Assembly: GCA_947627485.1 (NCBI GenBank)
Contig: CANQWF010000039.1
Span: forward strand, 1 to 11,512
Direction: 5' to 3'
DNA from: an uncultured Clostridia bacterium
GTDB taxonomy: Bacteria > Bacillota > Clostridia > TANB77 > CAG-508
Length of the DNA: 11,512 bases
Each line of letters begins with the position of its first letter. Within the stretch, counting starts at the first letter, position 1. Made by a program: the position numbers and the translations under genes. Of the stretch, positions 1 through 7,990 are shown piece after piece. The notes beneath the pieces were generated by a model that searched no databases, had not been told where the DNA came from, and saw only the letters and a program-made list of their open reading frames with translations.

Positions 1-2162
1 CTCAAGATTTTTCTATGAGATACATGATGATTGATGGACATGGAAACTTTGGATCTGTAGATGGAGATCCACCAGCTGCATATCGTTATACAGAAGCAAG
101 AATGTCTAAAATAGCTTTAAATATGCTTACAGATATAGAAAAAGATACTGTAGATTTTATGCCAAACTTTGATGATAGACTTCAAGAACCAGTTGTATTA
201 CCAGCAAAAATACCAGCATTACTCGCAAATGGATCATCTGGAATTGCTGTTGGTATGGCTACAAATATACCACCACATAATTTAAGCGAATTAATTGATG
301 GTGTAATTAAAATAATAGATGAAGATGAAGTTTCAAACGAAGATTTGATGTCTGTTATAAAAGGGCCAGACTTTCCAACGGGTGCAACAATTTTAGGTAG
401 AGAAGGTATAAAACAGGCATATACAACGGGTAGAGGAAAAATAACTTTAAGAGCAGAAGCTGAAATTGAAGAAATGAGTGGAAATAAACAAAGAATAATA
501 GTTTCTTCACTTCCATATCAAGTAAATAAAGCTAAATTAATTGAGCATATTGCAGATCTTGTAAAAGAAAAAAGAATAGAAGGAATATCTGCGATAAGAG
601 ATGAATCAGACAGAGAAGAAAAAGTAAGAATAGTTATAGAATTAAAAAGAGATGCAAATCCACAAGTAGTTTTAAATCAATTATATAAAAATACACAAAT
701 GCAAGACACATTTGGAATTATAATGCTTGCATTGGTAGATGGAAAACCTGAAATACTAACATTAAGGCAATGTTTAGACCATTATATTGAGCATAGAAAA
801 GTAGTAGTTTTAAGAAGAACAAAATTTGAACTTGATAAAGCAGAAGCAAGAGCACATATTTTGGAAGGATTAAAAATAGCATTAGACAATATTGATGAAG
901 TAATTAATATTATTAGGTCAGCCTATGATGATGCAAAAGAAAGGTTAATGGAAAGATTTGGTCTATCTGAAATACAAGCACAAGCAATTCTTGATATGAG
1001 ATTAAAAACATTATCAGGTCTGCAAAGAGAAAAAATAGAAGAAGAATATAAACAGTTAATGGAATTAATAGCTCATTTAAAAGAAATTTTATCTAGTGAG
1101 ACTCTAGTTTATGGAATAATAAAAGATGAGTTATTAGAAATAAAAGAAAAATATGGAGACGAAAGAAAAACAAAAATCATTGCAGCAGAAGGTGAAATAG
1201 ACATAGAAGACTTAATAAAAGAAGAACAAACAGTAATTGCTTTAACACATTTTGGATATATAAAAAGAATGCCTATTAATACATATAGAAGTCAAAAAAG
1301 AGGCGGAAAAGGAATTACGGGAATTGCTACAAGAGAAGAAGATTTTGTAAAACAAATATTTACAGCTTCTACACATGATACAATTTTATTCTTTAGTAAT
1401 AAAGGAAAACTATATAAATTAAGAGGATATGAAGTTCCAGAAGCGGGTAGAACAGCCAGAGGAACAGCAATTGTAAATTTATTAAGTTTGGATGCAGGAG
1501 AAAAAATTTCAGCTATAATACCAATTCAAAACTTTGCAGAAGGTAAATACTTATTGTTCTGTACAAAAAATGGTATTATAAAGAAGACTGCACTTTCTGA
1601 ATATAATTCTGCAAGAAAAACAGGTTTATTATCTATAACATTAAAAGATGAAGATGAATTAATAGATGTAAGATTAACAGATGGAGAAGATAATATAGTT
1701 TTAGTTACAAGAAAAGGACTTGCAATTACATTCGATGAAAAAGACGTAAGACCTATGGGAAGAACATCTCAAGGAGTTATAGGAATAAGACTAAATAAAG
1801 ATGATTATGTTATAGGAATGGAATCAATAATCTCTGGAAGTACTGCAACACTTCTTGCAATAACAGAAAATGGATTTGGAAAAAGAACAGAAGTAGATGA
1901 ATATAGAGTTCAAACAAGAGGAGGAAAGGGTGTAATTACATATAAAATTACACCAAAAACAGGAGATATTGTTGGAATCAGAATAGTTGTTGATTCAGAT
2001 GATGTAATGTTAATTACAGATACAGGAACAATAATAAGAATTAGTGCAGCAGATATTAGTATACTTGGTAGATCAACACAAGGAGTTACTTTAATGAGAA
2101 CAAATGAAGGAAAAGTTGTAAGTATAGAAAAAGTACCTGAAGAAAAAGAAGTAGAAGAATAA
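1..2162 (+). CDS. gyrA: DNA gyrase subunit A, 5'-truncated by the window edge (last ~720 codons present)
   Basis: The frame is open back to nt 3 (QDFS precedes the ORF-track Met), so the Met at 15 is internal. The conserved block FSMRYMMIDGHGNFGS is present, as is the catalytic-Tyr motif AAYRYTEARM. A GyrA-box QKRGGKG at about nt 1290-1312 distinguishes GyrA from ParC. The C-terminal half has repeated beta-pinwheel blades and a short acidic tail. Stop is TAA at 2160-2162. Confidence 0.95.
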   Translation, partial: QDFSMRYMMIDGHGNFGSVDGDPPAAYRYTEARMSKIALNMLTDIEKDTVDFMPNFDDRLQEPVVLPAKIPALLANGSSGIAVGMATNIPPHNLSELIDGVIKIIDEDEVSNEDLMSVIKGPDFPTGATILGREGIKQAYTTGRGKITLRAEAEIEEMSGNKQRIIVSSLPYQVNKAKLIEHIADLVKEKRIEGISAIRDESDREEKVRIVIELKRDANPQVVLNQLYKNTQMQDTFGIIMLALVDGKPEILTLRQCLDHYIEHRKVVVLRRTKFELDKAEARAHILEGLKIALDNIDEVINIIRSAYDDAKERLMERFGLSEIQAQAILDMRLKTLSGLQREKIEEEYKQLMELIAHLKEILSSETLVYGIIKDELLEIKEKYGDERKTKIIAAEGEIDIEDLIKEEQTVIALTHFGYIKRMPINTYRSQKRGGKGITGIATREEDFVKQIFTASTHDTILFFSNKGKLYKLRGYEVPEAGRTARGTAIVNLLSLDAGEKISAIIPIQNFAEGKYLLFCTKNGIIKKTALSEYNSARKTGLLSITLKDEDELIDVRLTDGEDNIVLVTRKGLAITFDEKDVRPMGRTSQGVIGIRLNKDDYVIGMESIISGSTATLLAITENGFGKRTEVDEYRVQTRGGKGVITYKITPKTGDIVGIRIVVDSDDVMLITDTGTIIRISAADISILGRSTQGVTLMRTNEGKVVSIEKVPEEKEVEE

Positions 2163-2194
2163 TGGAAAAGATATAAATAAACTTATAAAAACTA

Positions 2195-2223
2195 TTGATT
2201 TAATTATAAAAAAATGTTAACAT
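2195..2223 (+). promoter_or_regulatory. Candidate sigma-A promoter for the ileS leader
   Basis: -35 TTGATT (2195-2200), 17-nt spacer, then an extended -10 TGtTAACAT (2215-2223). It lies about 58 nt upstream of T-box stem I. Recognised by eye in AT-rich DNA, so false positives are easy. Confidence 0.4.
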
Positions 2224-2280
2224 AGTAAAATAAGATAAATAAAAACAAAGAAAAGGACAAGGCAAATAATAGTAAAACTA

Positions 2281-2480
2281 ACAGAGAGTTAAACAAATGG
2301 TGAAAGTTTAATTAGAAAATAGATTATTTTGTTATCACCTTGGAGTTGCTTAAGTGAATAAAAGTAATTTAAGTCGTAAATCTGCGTTAAAGATAAAAGA
2401 GATGTATAAATTAAAAAATTTATATAAATTAGGTGGTACCGCGTGTAAAAACCTCGCCCTATGTTATGGGCGAGGTTTTT
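2281..2480 (+). promoter_or_regulatory. T-box riboswitch leader, isoleucine specifier (AUC)
   Basis: AGAGAG at the stem-I base (2283-2288). Distal-loop GGTGAAAG (2299-2306). Specifier ATC followed by a purine A (2334-2337). F-box-like GCGTTA (2394-2399). Stem III hairpin TATAAATT/AATTTATA (2405-2424). Conserved T-box sequence AAATTAGGTGGTACCGCG (2427-2443) directly precedes a terminator hairpin. It sits immediately upstream of ileS. Confidence 0.88.
2447..2480 (+). terminator. Intrinsic terminator of the T-box leader (attenuator)
   Basis: Perfect 13-bp stem AAAAACCTCGCCC (2447-2459) / GGGCGAGGTTTTT (2468-2480) with an 8-nt loop, ending in a T5 run. Its 5' half can alternatively pair with the T-box sequence to form the antiterminator. 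Confidence 0.85.
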
Positions 2481-2542
2481 AGTTAAGGTTAAAAGCGAGT
2501 ACTATCTAATTTAACTTAAAAACATTTAAGGGAGGAATAAAT

Positions 2543-5320
2543 ATGAGTGAAGAAAAAAAGGACTATGGAAAAACACTGAATTTACCAAAAACAGATTTTC
2601 CAATGAGAGCAAGCTTGCCAGAAAGGGAGCCAGAAATTGAAAAAGAAATTTTTGATAACGATTTGTATGAAAAAATACTAAAGAAAAATGAAGGACATGA
2701 ACATTTTGTATTACATGATGGACCTCCTTATGCAAATGGTGAAATTCATATTGGCCATGCTTTAAATAAAATTTTAAAAGATACTATCATAAGATATAAA
2801 GCATTAAAGGGATATTATACTCCATATGTACCTGGATTTGATACACATGGTATGCCAACAGAGAAGAAAGCGATTGAAAAATTAGGATTAGATAGAGATA
2901 AAATTTCAGTGTCTGAATTTAGAAATACATGTTTAGATTTTTCAAAAAATTATATAAAAAAACAAATTGAAGGATTTAAAAGAGTCGGTGTATTAGGTGA
3001 TTGGAAAAATCCATATATTACATATGATCCAAGACTTGAAGCAAGACAGATTGGTGTATTTTTTGATATGTATCAAAAAGGGTATATGTATAAAGGATTA
3101 AAGCCTGTTTATTGGTGTACAGATTGTGAAACAGCACTTGCTGAAGCAGAGATTGAATATCAAGATGTTGATACAACATCTATATATGTTAAATTTGAAG
3201 TGTTAGATAGCAAAGATAAATTTGATAAAGAAAATACATATTTTGTAATATGGACTACAACACCATGGACATTGCCAGGAAATGTTGGAATAACAATTGG
3301 TGGAGAATTTGAATATTCAATTGTAAAAACAGAAAATGAAAAATTAATAATTGCTACAGAATTAGTAGATAACGTAATGAAAGAAGCAGGAATAGAAAAA
3401 TATGAAACAATTCAAACAATATCAGGATCTGAATTAGAAGGTGTTATTTGTAAACATCCATTCCTAGATAGAGAATCAAGAGTAGTTCTCGGAAGTGATG
3501 ATACAATTGTTGTTGATTTAGGAACTGGTACAGGTGCAGTTCATACAGCACCAGGATATGGTAAAGAAGACTATTTATGTGGTATAAAAAATGGTTTAGA
3601 CATAGTAGTAACTGTTGATGGAAAAGGTTTCCAAACAGAAGGTGCTGGAATCTTTGCAGGACTTAAGTATGATGAATCTAATGACAAAATTATAGAATGG
3701 TTAGAAGATAATAAATATTTATTGCATAAACAAAAATTAAATCACTCATATCCACATTGCTGGAGATGTAAAAATCCTATTATATTTAGAGCAACAGAGC
3801 AATGGTTCTGCAGTGTAGATAAATTTAGAGAAAAGGCAGTAGAGGAGTCACAAAAAGTAGAATGGATTCCAGGTTGGGGTCTAGACCGAATAGCAAACAT
3901 GATAAGAGAAAGAGTTGATTGGTGTATATCAAGACAACGTACATGGGGTGTTCCAATTCCAATTTTCTATTGTAAAGAGTGTGGAAAAGAATATGTAACA
4001 GATAAAACTATAGAGAAACTTAAAGAAATATTTAAAGAAAAAGGCTCAAATGCATGGTGGGATTTAAGTGTACAAGAATTAATGCAAGAAGGAGCAAAAT
4101 GTGAAAAGTGTGGTTCTACAGAATTTGTAAAAGAAACAGATATAATGGATGTATGGTTTGATTCTGGTTCAACACATCAAAGTGTATTGGTTGAAAGAGG
4201 AATAGATTACCCTGCAGACCTTTATTTAGAAGGTGCAGACCAATATAGAGGATGGTTTCAATCTTCACTACTTACATCAGTTGCAACAAAAGGAATTGCT
4301 CCATATAAACAAGTGTTAACACACGGATGGACGGTAGATGGAGAAGGCAAAAAAATGTCTAAGAGTTTAGGAAATGGAATTAGCCCACAAGAAGTTATAA
4401 AAGAATATGGGGCAGACATATTAAGGCTTTGGGTCCTTTCATCAGATTACCAATCAGATGTAAGCTTATCTAAAGATATATTAAAACAAATAACCGAAGT
4501 ATATAGAAAAATTAGAAACACAGCAAGATATATATTAGGAAATATATCAGATTTTGATCCAAATAAAGATATGGTAAAATATGAAGAATTAGAAGAAATA
4601 GATAAATATGCATTATTGAAATTAAATGATTTAATTAGAAAATGCACATCAAGTTATGATAAATATGACTTCCATGAGGCATATCAAGCAATTAACATTT
4701 TCTGCGTTACTGATATGAGTAGTTTTTATTTGGATATAATTAAAGATAGATTATATAGTTCAAAAGTAGCTTCTAAGGCCAGAAGAGCTGCACAAACAAC
4801 AATGTATATTATATTAAGTTCATTAGTAAAAATACTTGCACCACTTACAGCATTTACAGCTGAAGAAATTTGGAAATATATGCCTAAAACAGAAGATATG
4901 AATGTAGAAAGCGTAATGCTTACAAATTATCCAACTGTAAATGAACAATATGAAAATAAAGATCTAAGAGAAAAATGGGAAAAAATAGTTGATATTAAAG
5001 AAATCGTTTCAAAAAAATTAGAAGAAGCTAGAGCAGAAAAAATAATAGGACATTCATTAAATGCAAAAGTTGTACTTTATGCAGAAGGGAATTTATATAC
5101 ATTTATAAAAGAAAATTTAGAATTATTACAAACCGTATTTATAACATCTGGACTAGAAGTAGAAGAAAATAGTAGAGCAGATGAGATAAAATTAGGTGTA
5201 AAAATAGAACAAGCCGAAGGTGAAAAATGTGAAAGATGTTGGAAATATTCTACTACAGTAGGAGAAGACAAAGAAAATCCAAGTATCTGTCATAGATGCA
5301 GTGAAGTTTTAAACAAATAA
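2543..5320 (+). CDS. ileS: Isoleucine--tRNA ligase (type 1, bacterial)
   Basis: 925 aa. RBS GGGAGG lies upstream of the ATG at 2543. HIGH motif at nt 2747-2758 (PPYANGEIHIGHALNK). KMSKS at nt 4352-4366. CP1 editing-domain signature GTGAVHTAPGYG. WCISRQRTWG block. C-terminal zinc motif CERCWKY...CHRC. The Ile-specific T-box upstream agrees with the call. Confidence 0.97.
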   Translation: MSEEKKDYGKTLNLPKTDFPMRASLPEREPEIEKEIFDNDLYEKILKKNEGHEHFVLHDGPPYANGEIHIGHALNKILKDTIIRYKALKGYYTPYVPGFDTHGMPTEKKAIEKLGLDRDKISVSEFRNTCLDFSKNYIKKQIEGFKRVGVLGDWKNPYITYDPRLEARQIGVFFDMYQKGYMYKGLKPVYWCTDCETALAEAEIEYQDVDTTSIYVKFEVLDSKDKFDKENTYFVIWTTTPWTLPGNVGITIGGEFEYSIVKTENEKLIIATELVDNVMKEAGIEKYETIQTISGSELEGVICKHPFLDRESRVVLGSDDTIVVDLGTGTGAVHTAPGYGKEDYLCGIKNGLDIVVTVDGKGFQTEGAGIFAGLKYDESNDKIIEWLEDNKYLLHKQKLNHSYPHCWRCKNPIIFRATEQWFCSVDKFREKAVEESQKVEWIPGWGLDRIANMIRERVDWCISRQRTWGVPIPIFYCKECGKEYVTDKTIEKLKEIFKEKGSNAWWDLSVQELMQEGAKCEKCGSTEFVKETDIMDVWFDSGSTHQSVLVERGIDYPADLYLEGADQYRGWFQSSLLTSVATKGIAPYKQVLTHGWTVDGEGKKMSKSLGNGISPQEVIKEYGADILRLWVLSSDYQSDVSLSKDILKQITEVYRKIRNTARYILGNISDFDPNKDMVKYEELEEIDKYALLKLNDLIRKCTSSYDKYDFHEAYQAINIFCVTDMSSFYLDIIKDRLYSSKVASKARRAAQTTMYIILSSLVKILAPLTAFTAEEIWKYMPKTEDMNVESVMLTNYPTVNEQYENKDLREKWEKIVDIKEIVSKKLEEARAEKIIGHSLNAKVVLYAEGNLYTFIKENLELLQTVFITSGLEVEENSRADEIKLGVKIEQAEGEKCERCWKYSTTVGEDKENPSICHRCSEVLNK

Positions 5321-5329
5321 TTAAAATTT

Positions 5330-5366
5330 AAAGACGTAAAATAATAAATTGTTATTTTACGTCTTT
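5330..5366. terminator. Bidirectional hairpin terminator between convergent ileS and the helicase-loader gene
   Basis: Perfect 15-bp stem AAAGACGTAAAATAA (5330-5344) / TTATTTTACGTCTTT (5352-5366) with a 7-nt loop. A/T runs are built into and flank both arms. It sits 10 nt after the ileS stop and about 40 nt after the minus-strand stop at 5405. Confidence 0.7.
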
Positions 5367-5404
5367 AATAATATCAGTATAAAAAATATAGAATAATTTA
5401 TATA

Positions 5405-6403
5405 TTATTTTTTTAATCTTATATCATCACCATAGAATCTATATATATCGTAATAACCAATAAATCTTGAGACTAGACGTTCATCATAAGTATTAAACAA
5501 CCCTTTTAAATCTAAATTAGTAGATATAATTGTTTTTAATGGGTTATTATTTTGGCTTAGAAGTCTAGTATTTATTATTTTATATAATTCAGTAAATTTC
5601 ATGCTATTCATAGTTTCTGTACCTAGGTCATCTATTACTAATAAATTGGCTGTTAGTAAACTGTTAGAAATTCCAGTTTGATTTTCAGGTTTAGCAAATA
5701 AATCTGAGATTAAATTATCAAGCATTACTGGTGCTGTTTGATACATAACTGTTTTTCCCTGTTTTATTAATTCATTAACAATACAATTAGAAATAAAAGT
5801 TTTACCAAGACCAGTACCACCTGTAAAAATTAAATTTTTAGTATCACTATTCTCAAAATTGAGTATAAAATTTTCTGCAGCTTTTTTTATATCAATAATA
5901 TTTTCTCTAGGTGATATAGGTGAATTATATTTACTTTCATCGACTTTATCAGAGAAAAGATTAACATTAAAATTATTAAATGTTTGATTATCAATATTAT
6001 TTATATTTTTTTGGTTATATTCTAAATTATATAGTTTTTGTTTTAGACAATTACACATTATAGATTTTCCATTTTCAAAAATATAACCAGTATCTTTGCA
6101 AATAGAACAATCATATTTTACAGATAAATAATCTTTAGGAATATTAATAGAATTTAATATTTTTTCTTTTTCCTTTTTTAAAGATTCAATTCTTTGTTTT
6201 AAATTTTCTAGAGATTCTTTAGAATTATTTTTTAATATTTCTTTTGCAGTATTTATAGAAATATTACTTAACTGCTCATCTAATTTTTCTAATTTAGGAT
6301 TAGACATATATAATTCTTTTTTTCGATTTTCTGCATCTCGTAGATGTATTAGTCTTTTTTGCTCATATTGTTTTAATAAATCATTCAATATTAGAGTATT
6401 CAT
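5405..6403 (-). CDS. AAA+ replicative helicase loader, DnaI/DnaC (IstB-like ATPase) family
   Basis: 332 aa. Walker A GGTGLGKTF. Walker B LLVIDDLGTE. Sensor-like ISTN and the C-terminal RL.SR motif typical of DnaC/DnaI/IstB. N-terminal coiled-coil followed by a Cys4 motif CSIC...CNC, as in the DnaI zinc-binding N-domain. The start overlaps the upstream stop (ATGA at 6400-6403). RBS GAAGGTG. Confidence 0.8.
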   Translation of the reverse strand: MNTLILNDLLKQYEQKRLIHLRDAENRKKELYMSNPKLEKLDEQLSNISINTAKEILKNNSKESLENLKQRIESLKKEKEKILNSINIPKDYLSVKYDCSICKDTGYIFENGKSIMCNCLKQKLYNLEYNQKNINNIDNQTFNNFNVNLFSDKVDESKYNSPISPRENIIDIKKAAENFILNFENSDTKNLIFTGGTGLGKTFISNCIVNELIKQGKTVMYQTAPVMLDNLISDLFAKPENQTGISNSLLTANLLVIDDLGTETMNSMKFTELYKIINTRLLSQNNNPLKTIISTNLDLKGLFNTYDERLVSRFIGYYDIYRFYGDDIRLKK

Positions 6404-7374
6404 CTATTCACCTTCTTATTAGCATATAAGTCATCTAGATTATCATAGTTTCTTTGTTCATAGTTATTATAATTAGTTTGTTTTTCTAACTGTTTAATAT
6501 TTTTCTTTTTTTGTTTTATTTCTATTAAGAAATTATTTACATCAGTTTCAGTTTTTAGATTTCTATCATGCCAATCAGATATTAATTTATCTAAATAATC
6601 AAAACTAGGATTAGCTTTTGATGTAGTTTTTTTAAGAGCTATATTTATTACTTTTAAATCATAGCCATATTCTAATACCCATTTTTCAATATATGCTTCC
6701 TCAAATTGAGTAAGTGGCGAATATCTTCCTAGTTTTTTTGCTATATCTTTTTTAATCTTATTTAAAGATTCCTGCTTTGACGAGTAAACTTCTAAATCCT
6801 CATAAGTTTTTACATTACATTTACTCCAAGCTTCAGCAACGGTTTTTACATAGTTTTTATGAAGAGCAGATTTATTAAAGCAGTAATCAAAAAGTGAAAT
6901 CATTACTTGCTCATCAAATTCATATTTTTTAAACCATAAATCAATATCACTGTACCAAGCAGGAGACATTACACCTTGAAAATACATGTTATTAATACAC
7001 TCAATTGCTTTTGCTCGATACTGACTATCTTCATTTTTTTGTATATCATCTTTAGATAGAGTAAGATTTGGAGAATATAATTTGTGCAGTTCAATTTCTC
7101 TTAAATCATTTAAAATATATCCATTTGCTTTTTTTATTAAAACACCTTTTTCTTCCCAATAGCTAAGAGCTACTTGAATAGTTTGCAAAGGTATATTTAA
7201 TTTTTTAGATAAATCGTTAAGTTTTATATCTTTTTCATATTTACTTAAGAAAACAAGGCATAAATACACCTTAATAAAATCACCATTTGCTTCACTTATA
7301 TATTCAGTAAAAAAAACATCTGGAATTTCAGTATAAGAAAAAAGCATAGAGCTATCTTTATTTTCAAGTTTCAT
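6400..7374 (-). CDS. DnaD-domain replication initiation / membrane attachment protein (B. subtilis DnaB/DnaD-like)
   Basis: 324 aa. N-terminal winged-helix-like region. Two tandem DnaD-type C-terminal repeats (YFQGVMSPAWYSDIDLWFKKYEF...YVKTVAEAW and LTQFEEAYIEKWVLEYGYDLKVINIALKK...SFDYLDKLISDWHDRN). Translationally coupled to the downstream loader, which is the classic Firmicute pairing. RBS GGGGGA. Confidence 0.8.
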   Translation of the reverse strand: MKLENKDSSMLFSYTEIPDVFFTEYISEANGDFIKVYLCLVFLSKYEKDIKLNDLSKKLNIPLQTIQVALSYWEEKGVLIKKANGYILNDLREIELHKLYSPNLTLSKDDIQKNEDSQYRAKAIECINNMYFQGVMSPAWYSDIDLWFKKYEFDEQVMISLFDYCFNKSALHKNYVKTVAEAWSKCNVKTYEDLEVYSSKQESLNKIKKDIAKKLGRYSPLTQFEEAYIEKWVLEYGYDLKVINIALKKTTSKANPSFDYLDKLISDWHDRNLKTETDVNNFLIEIKQKKKNIKQLEKQTNYNNYEQRNYDNLDDLYANKKVNR

Positions 7375-7404
7375 AGTATAATTCCCCCAAAATTTAGTAT
7401 ACCA

Positions 7405-7433
7405 ATTATACCATTTTAATTAAACTATTACAA
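7405..7433 (-). promoter_or_regulatory. Candidate sigma-A promoter for the DnaD-like/loader operon
   Basis: Read on the minus strand: -35 TTGTAA (7428-7433), 17-nt spacer, extended -10 TGgTATAAT (-10 hexamer at 7405-7410). It lies about 30 nt upstream of the ATG at 7374. Confidence 0.5.
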
Positions 7434-7472
7434 CCAAGAAATATAAAAATACATTATTTTTAATTAAAATCA

Positions 7473-7760
7473 TTACTTATCCTTACTATAGAAATAAATT
7501 TTAGGATTCTTGATAAATTTAAAAAGATATATTAATACATATACAAAGTTTTCGTGATTAAATCCTATAAGACTAAACAAAAGAAGAGGAAAACAAAAGA
7601 TAATTAAGAGTGATATTTTAATTGATAAATTCGAGATAAAAATGTCAAGCAAACAAAAAACAAATGCATCCCATATAATATTAAGTGCTAATGTGGAATA
7701 GTCTATAATTCCAAATAATTTATTTTTAAATGTATAGTTTTGTGGAAAAGTATATTTCAT
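7473..7760 (-). CDS. Small two-TM membrane protein, possibly TcpE/PrgI (VirB3-like) conjugation family
   Basis: 95 aa. RBS AAGGAG lies 10 nt upstream of the ATG. There is a short polar N-terminus (YTFKNKLFGIIDY), two hydrophobic helices, and a basic tail (FIKNPKIYFYSKDK). From memory, this resembles Tn916 ORF17/TcpE-type proteins. The family call is tentative; coding status is likely. Confidence 0.45.
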   Translation of the reverse strand: MKYTFPQNYTFKNKLFGIIDYSTLALNIIWDAFVFCLLDIFISNLSIKISLLIIFCFPLLLFSLIGFNHENFVYVLIYLFKFIKNPKIYFYSKDK

Positions 7761-7817
7761 TTTATAAAGTCTCCTTTATCTGTAATTAGTTATATAAATT
7801 TCAATTTGTTTTTTTAA

Positions 7818-7963
7818 GTTCTTTAGGAAAGGTTATAATTATTTGTTTCCAACGCGAATTCCGTTACTGAAACTGTAAGTTGCTAAAAGCAACAACAGTT
7901 TCATGTAACGAAAGCTGGATCGCGTAACTGAGAAACAAATAATTATTAACCTTTCCTACGAAC
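7818..7963. repeat. ~146-nt nested imperfect inverted repeat (extended hairpin) in an intergenic spacer
   Basis: Outer arms are 7824-7849 TAGGAAAGGTTATAATTATTTGTTTC and 7932-7958, giving 26 bp with one bulged T. GTTC/GAAC (7818-7821 / 7960-7963) extends them. Inner helices are ACGCGA/TCGCGT (7852-7857 / 7920-7925), CGTTAC/GTAACG (7862-7867 / 7905-7910), TGAAACTGT/ACAGTTTCA (7868-7876 / 7895-7903) and GTTGCT/AGCAAC (7879-7884 / 7888-7893), with an AAA apical loop. That is about 57 bp in total. The core is clearly more GC-rich than its surroundings. Confidence 0.85.
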
Positions 7964-7990
7964 TAATTAAACATTTCTATAAACAACAAT

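Noticed and set aside
15-17. ATG at 15 as the gyrA start
   Set aside because: The frame is open to the window edge. The preceding residues (QDFS) continue the conserved GyrA block, and the true N-terminus, including the QRDR Ser83/Asp87-equivalent region, lies upstream of the window. No statement about quinolone-resistance alleles is therefore possible.
2526-2735. 69-aa minus-strand ORF overlapping the ileS start region
   Set aside because: It is antisense to a confidently identified, motif-rich ileS CDS and its RBS. The low-complexity F/L/H-rich product is typical of a shadow ORF in AT-rich DNA, and there is no RBS.
4447-4647. 66-aa minus-strand ORF inside ileS
   Set aside because: Shadow ORF antisense to ileS, with no start context and a low-complexity product.
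5077-5271. 64-aa minus-strand ORF inside the ileS 3' end
   Set aside because: Shadow ORF antisense to the ileS C-terminal zinc-finger region.
5367-5404. Possible att-like direct repeats flanking the AT-rich block (for example AATAATAT near 5367 and near 11158)
   Set aside because: Only about 8-nt A/T-only matches are present. These are expected by chance at this base composition, and there is no integrase or tRNA target nearby.
7860-7940. Hammerhead or other small self-cleaving ribozyme inside the large hairpin (CUGA and GAAA strings present)
   Set aside because: Neither strand has the CUGANGA core together with a correctly placed GAAA and a three-way junction. The structure is a single unbranched rod, not a junction fold.
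7818-7963. Intrinsic terminator interpretation of the large inverted repeat
   Set aside because: No U/T tract follows the stem on either strand, and the element is about 5 times larger than typical terminators. The MITE interpretation is kept only as an alternative in the findings, because I could not find a clear target-site duplication (flanks ...TTTTTAA / TAATTAA...).
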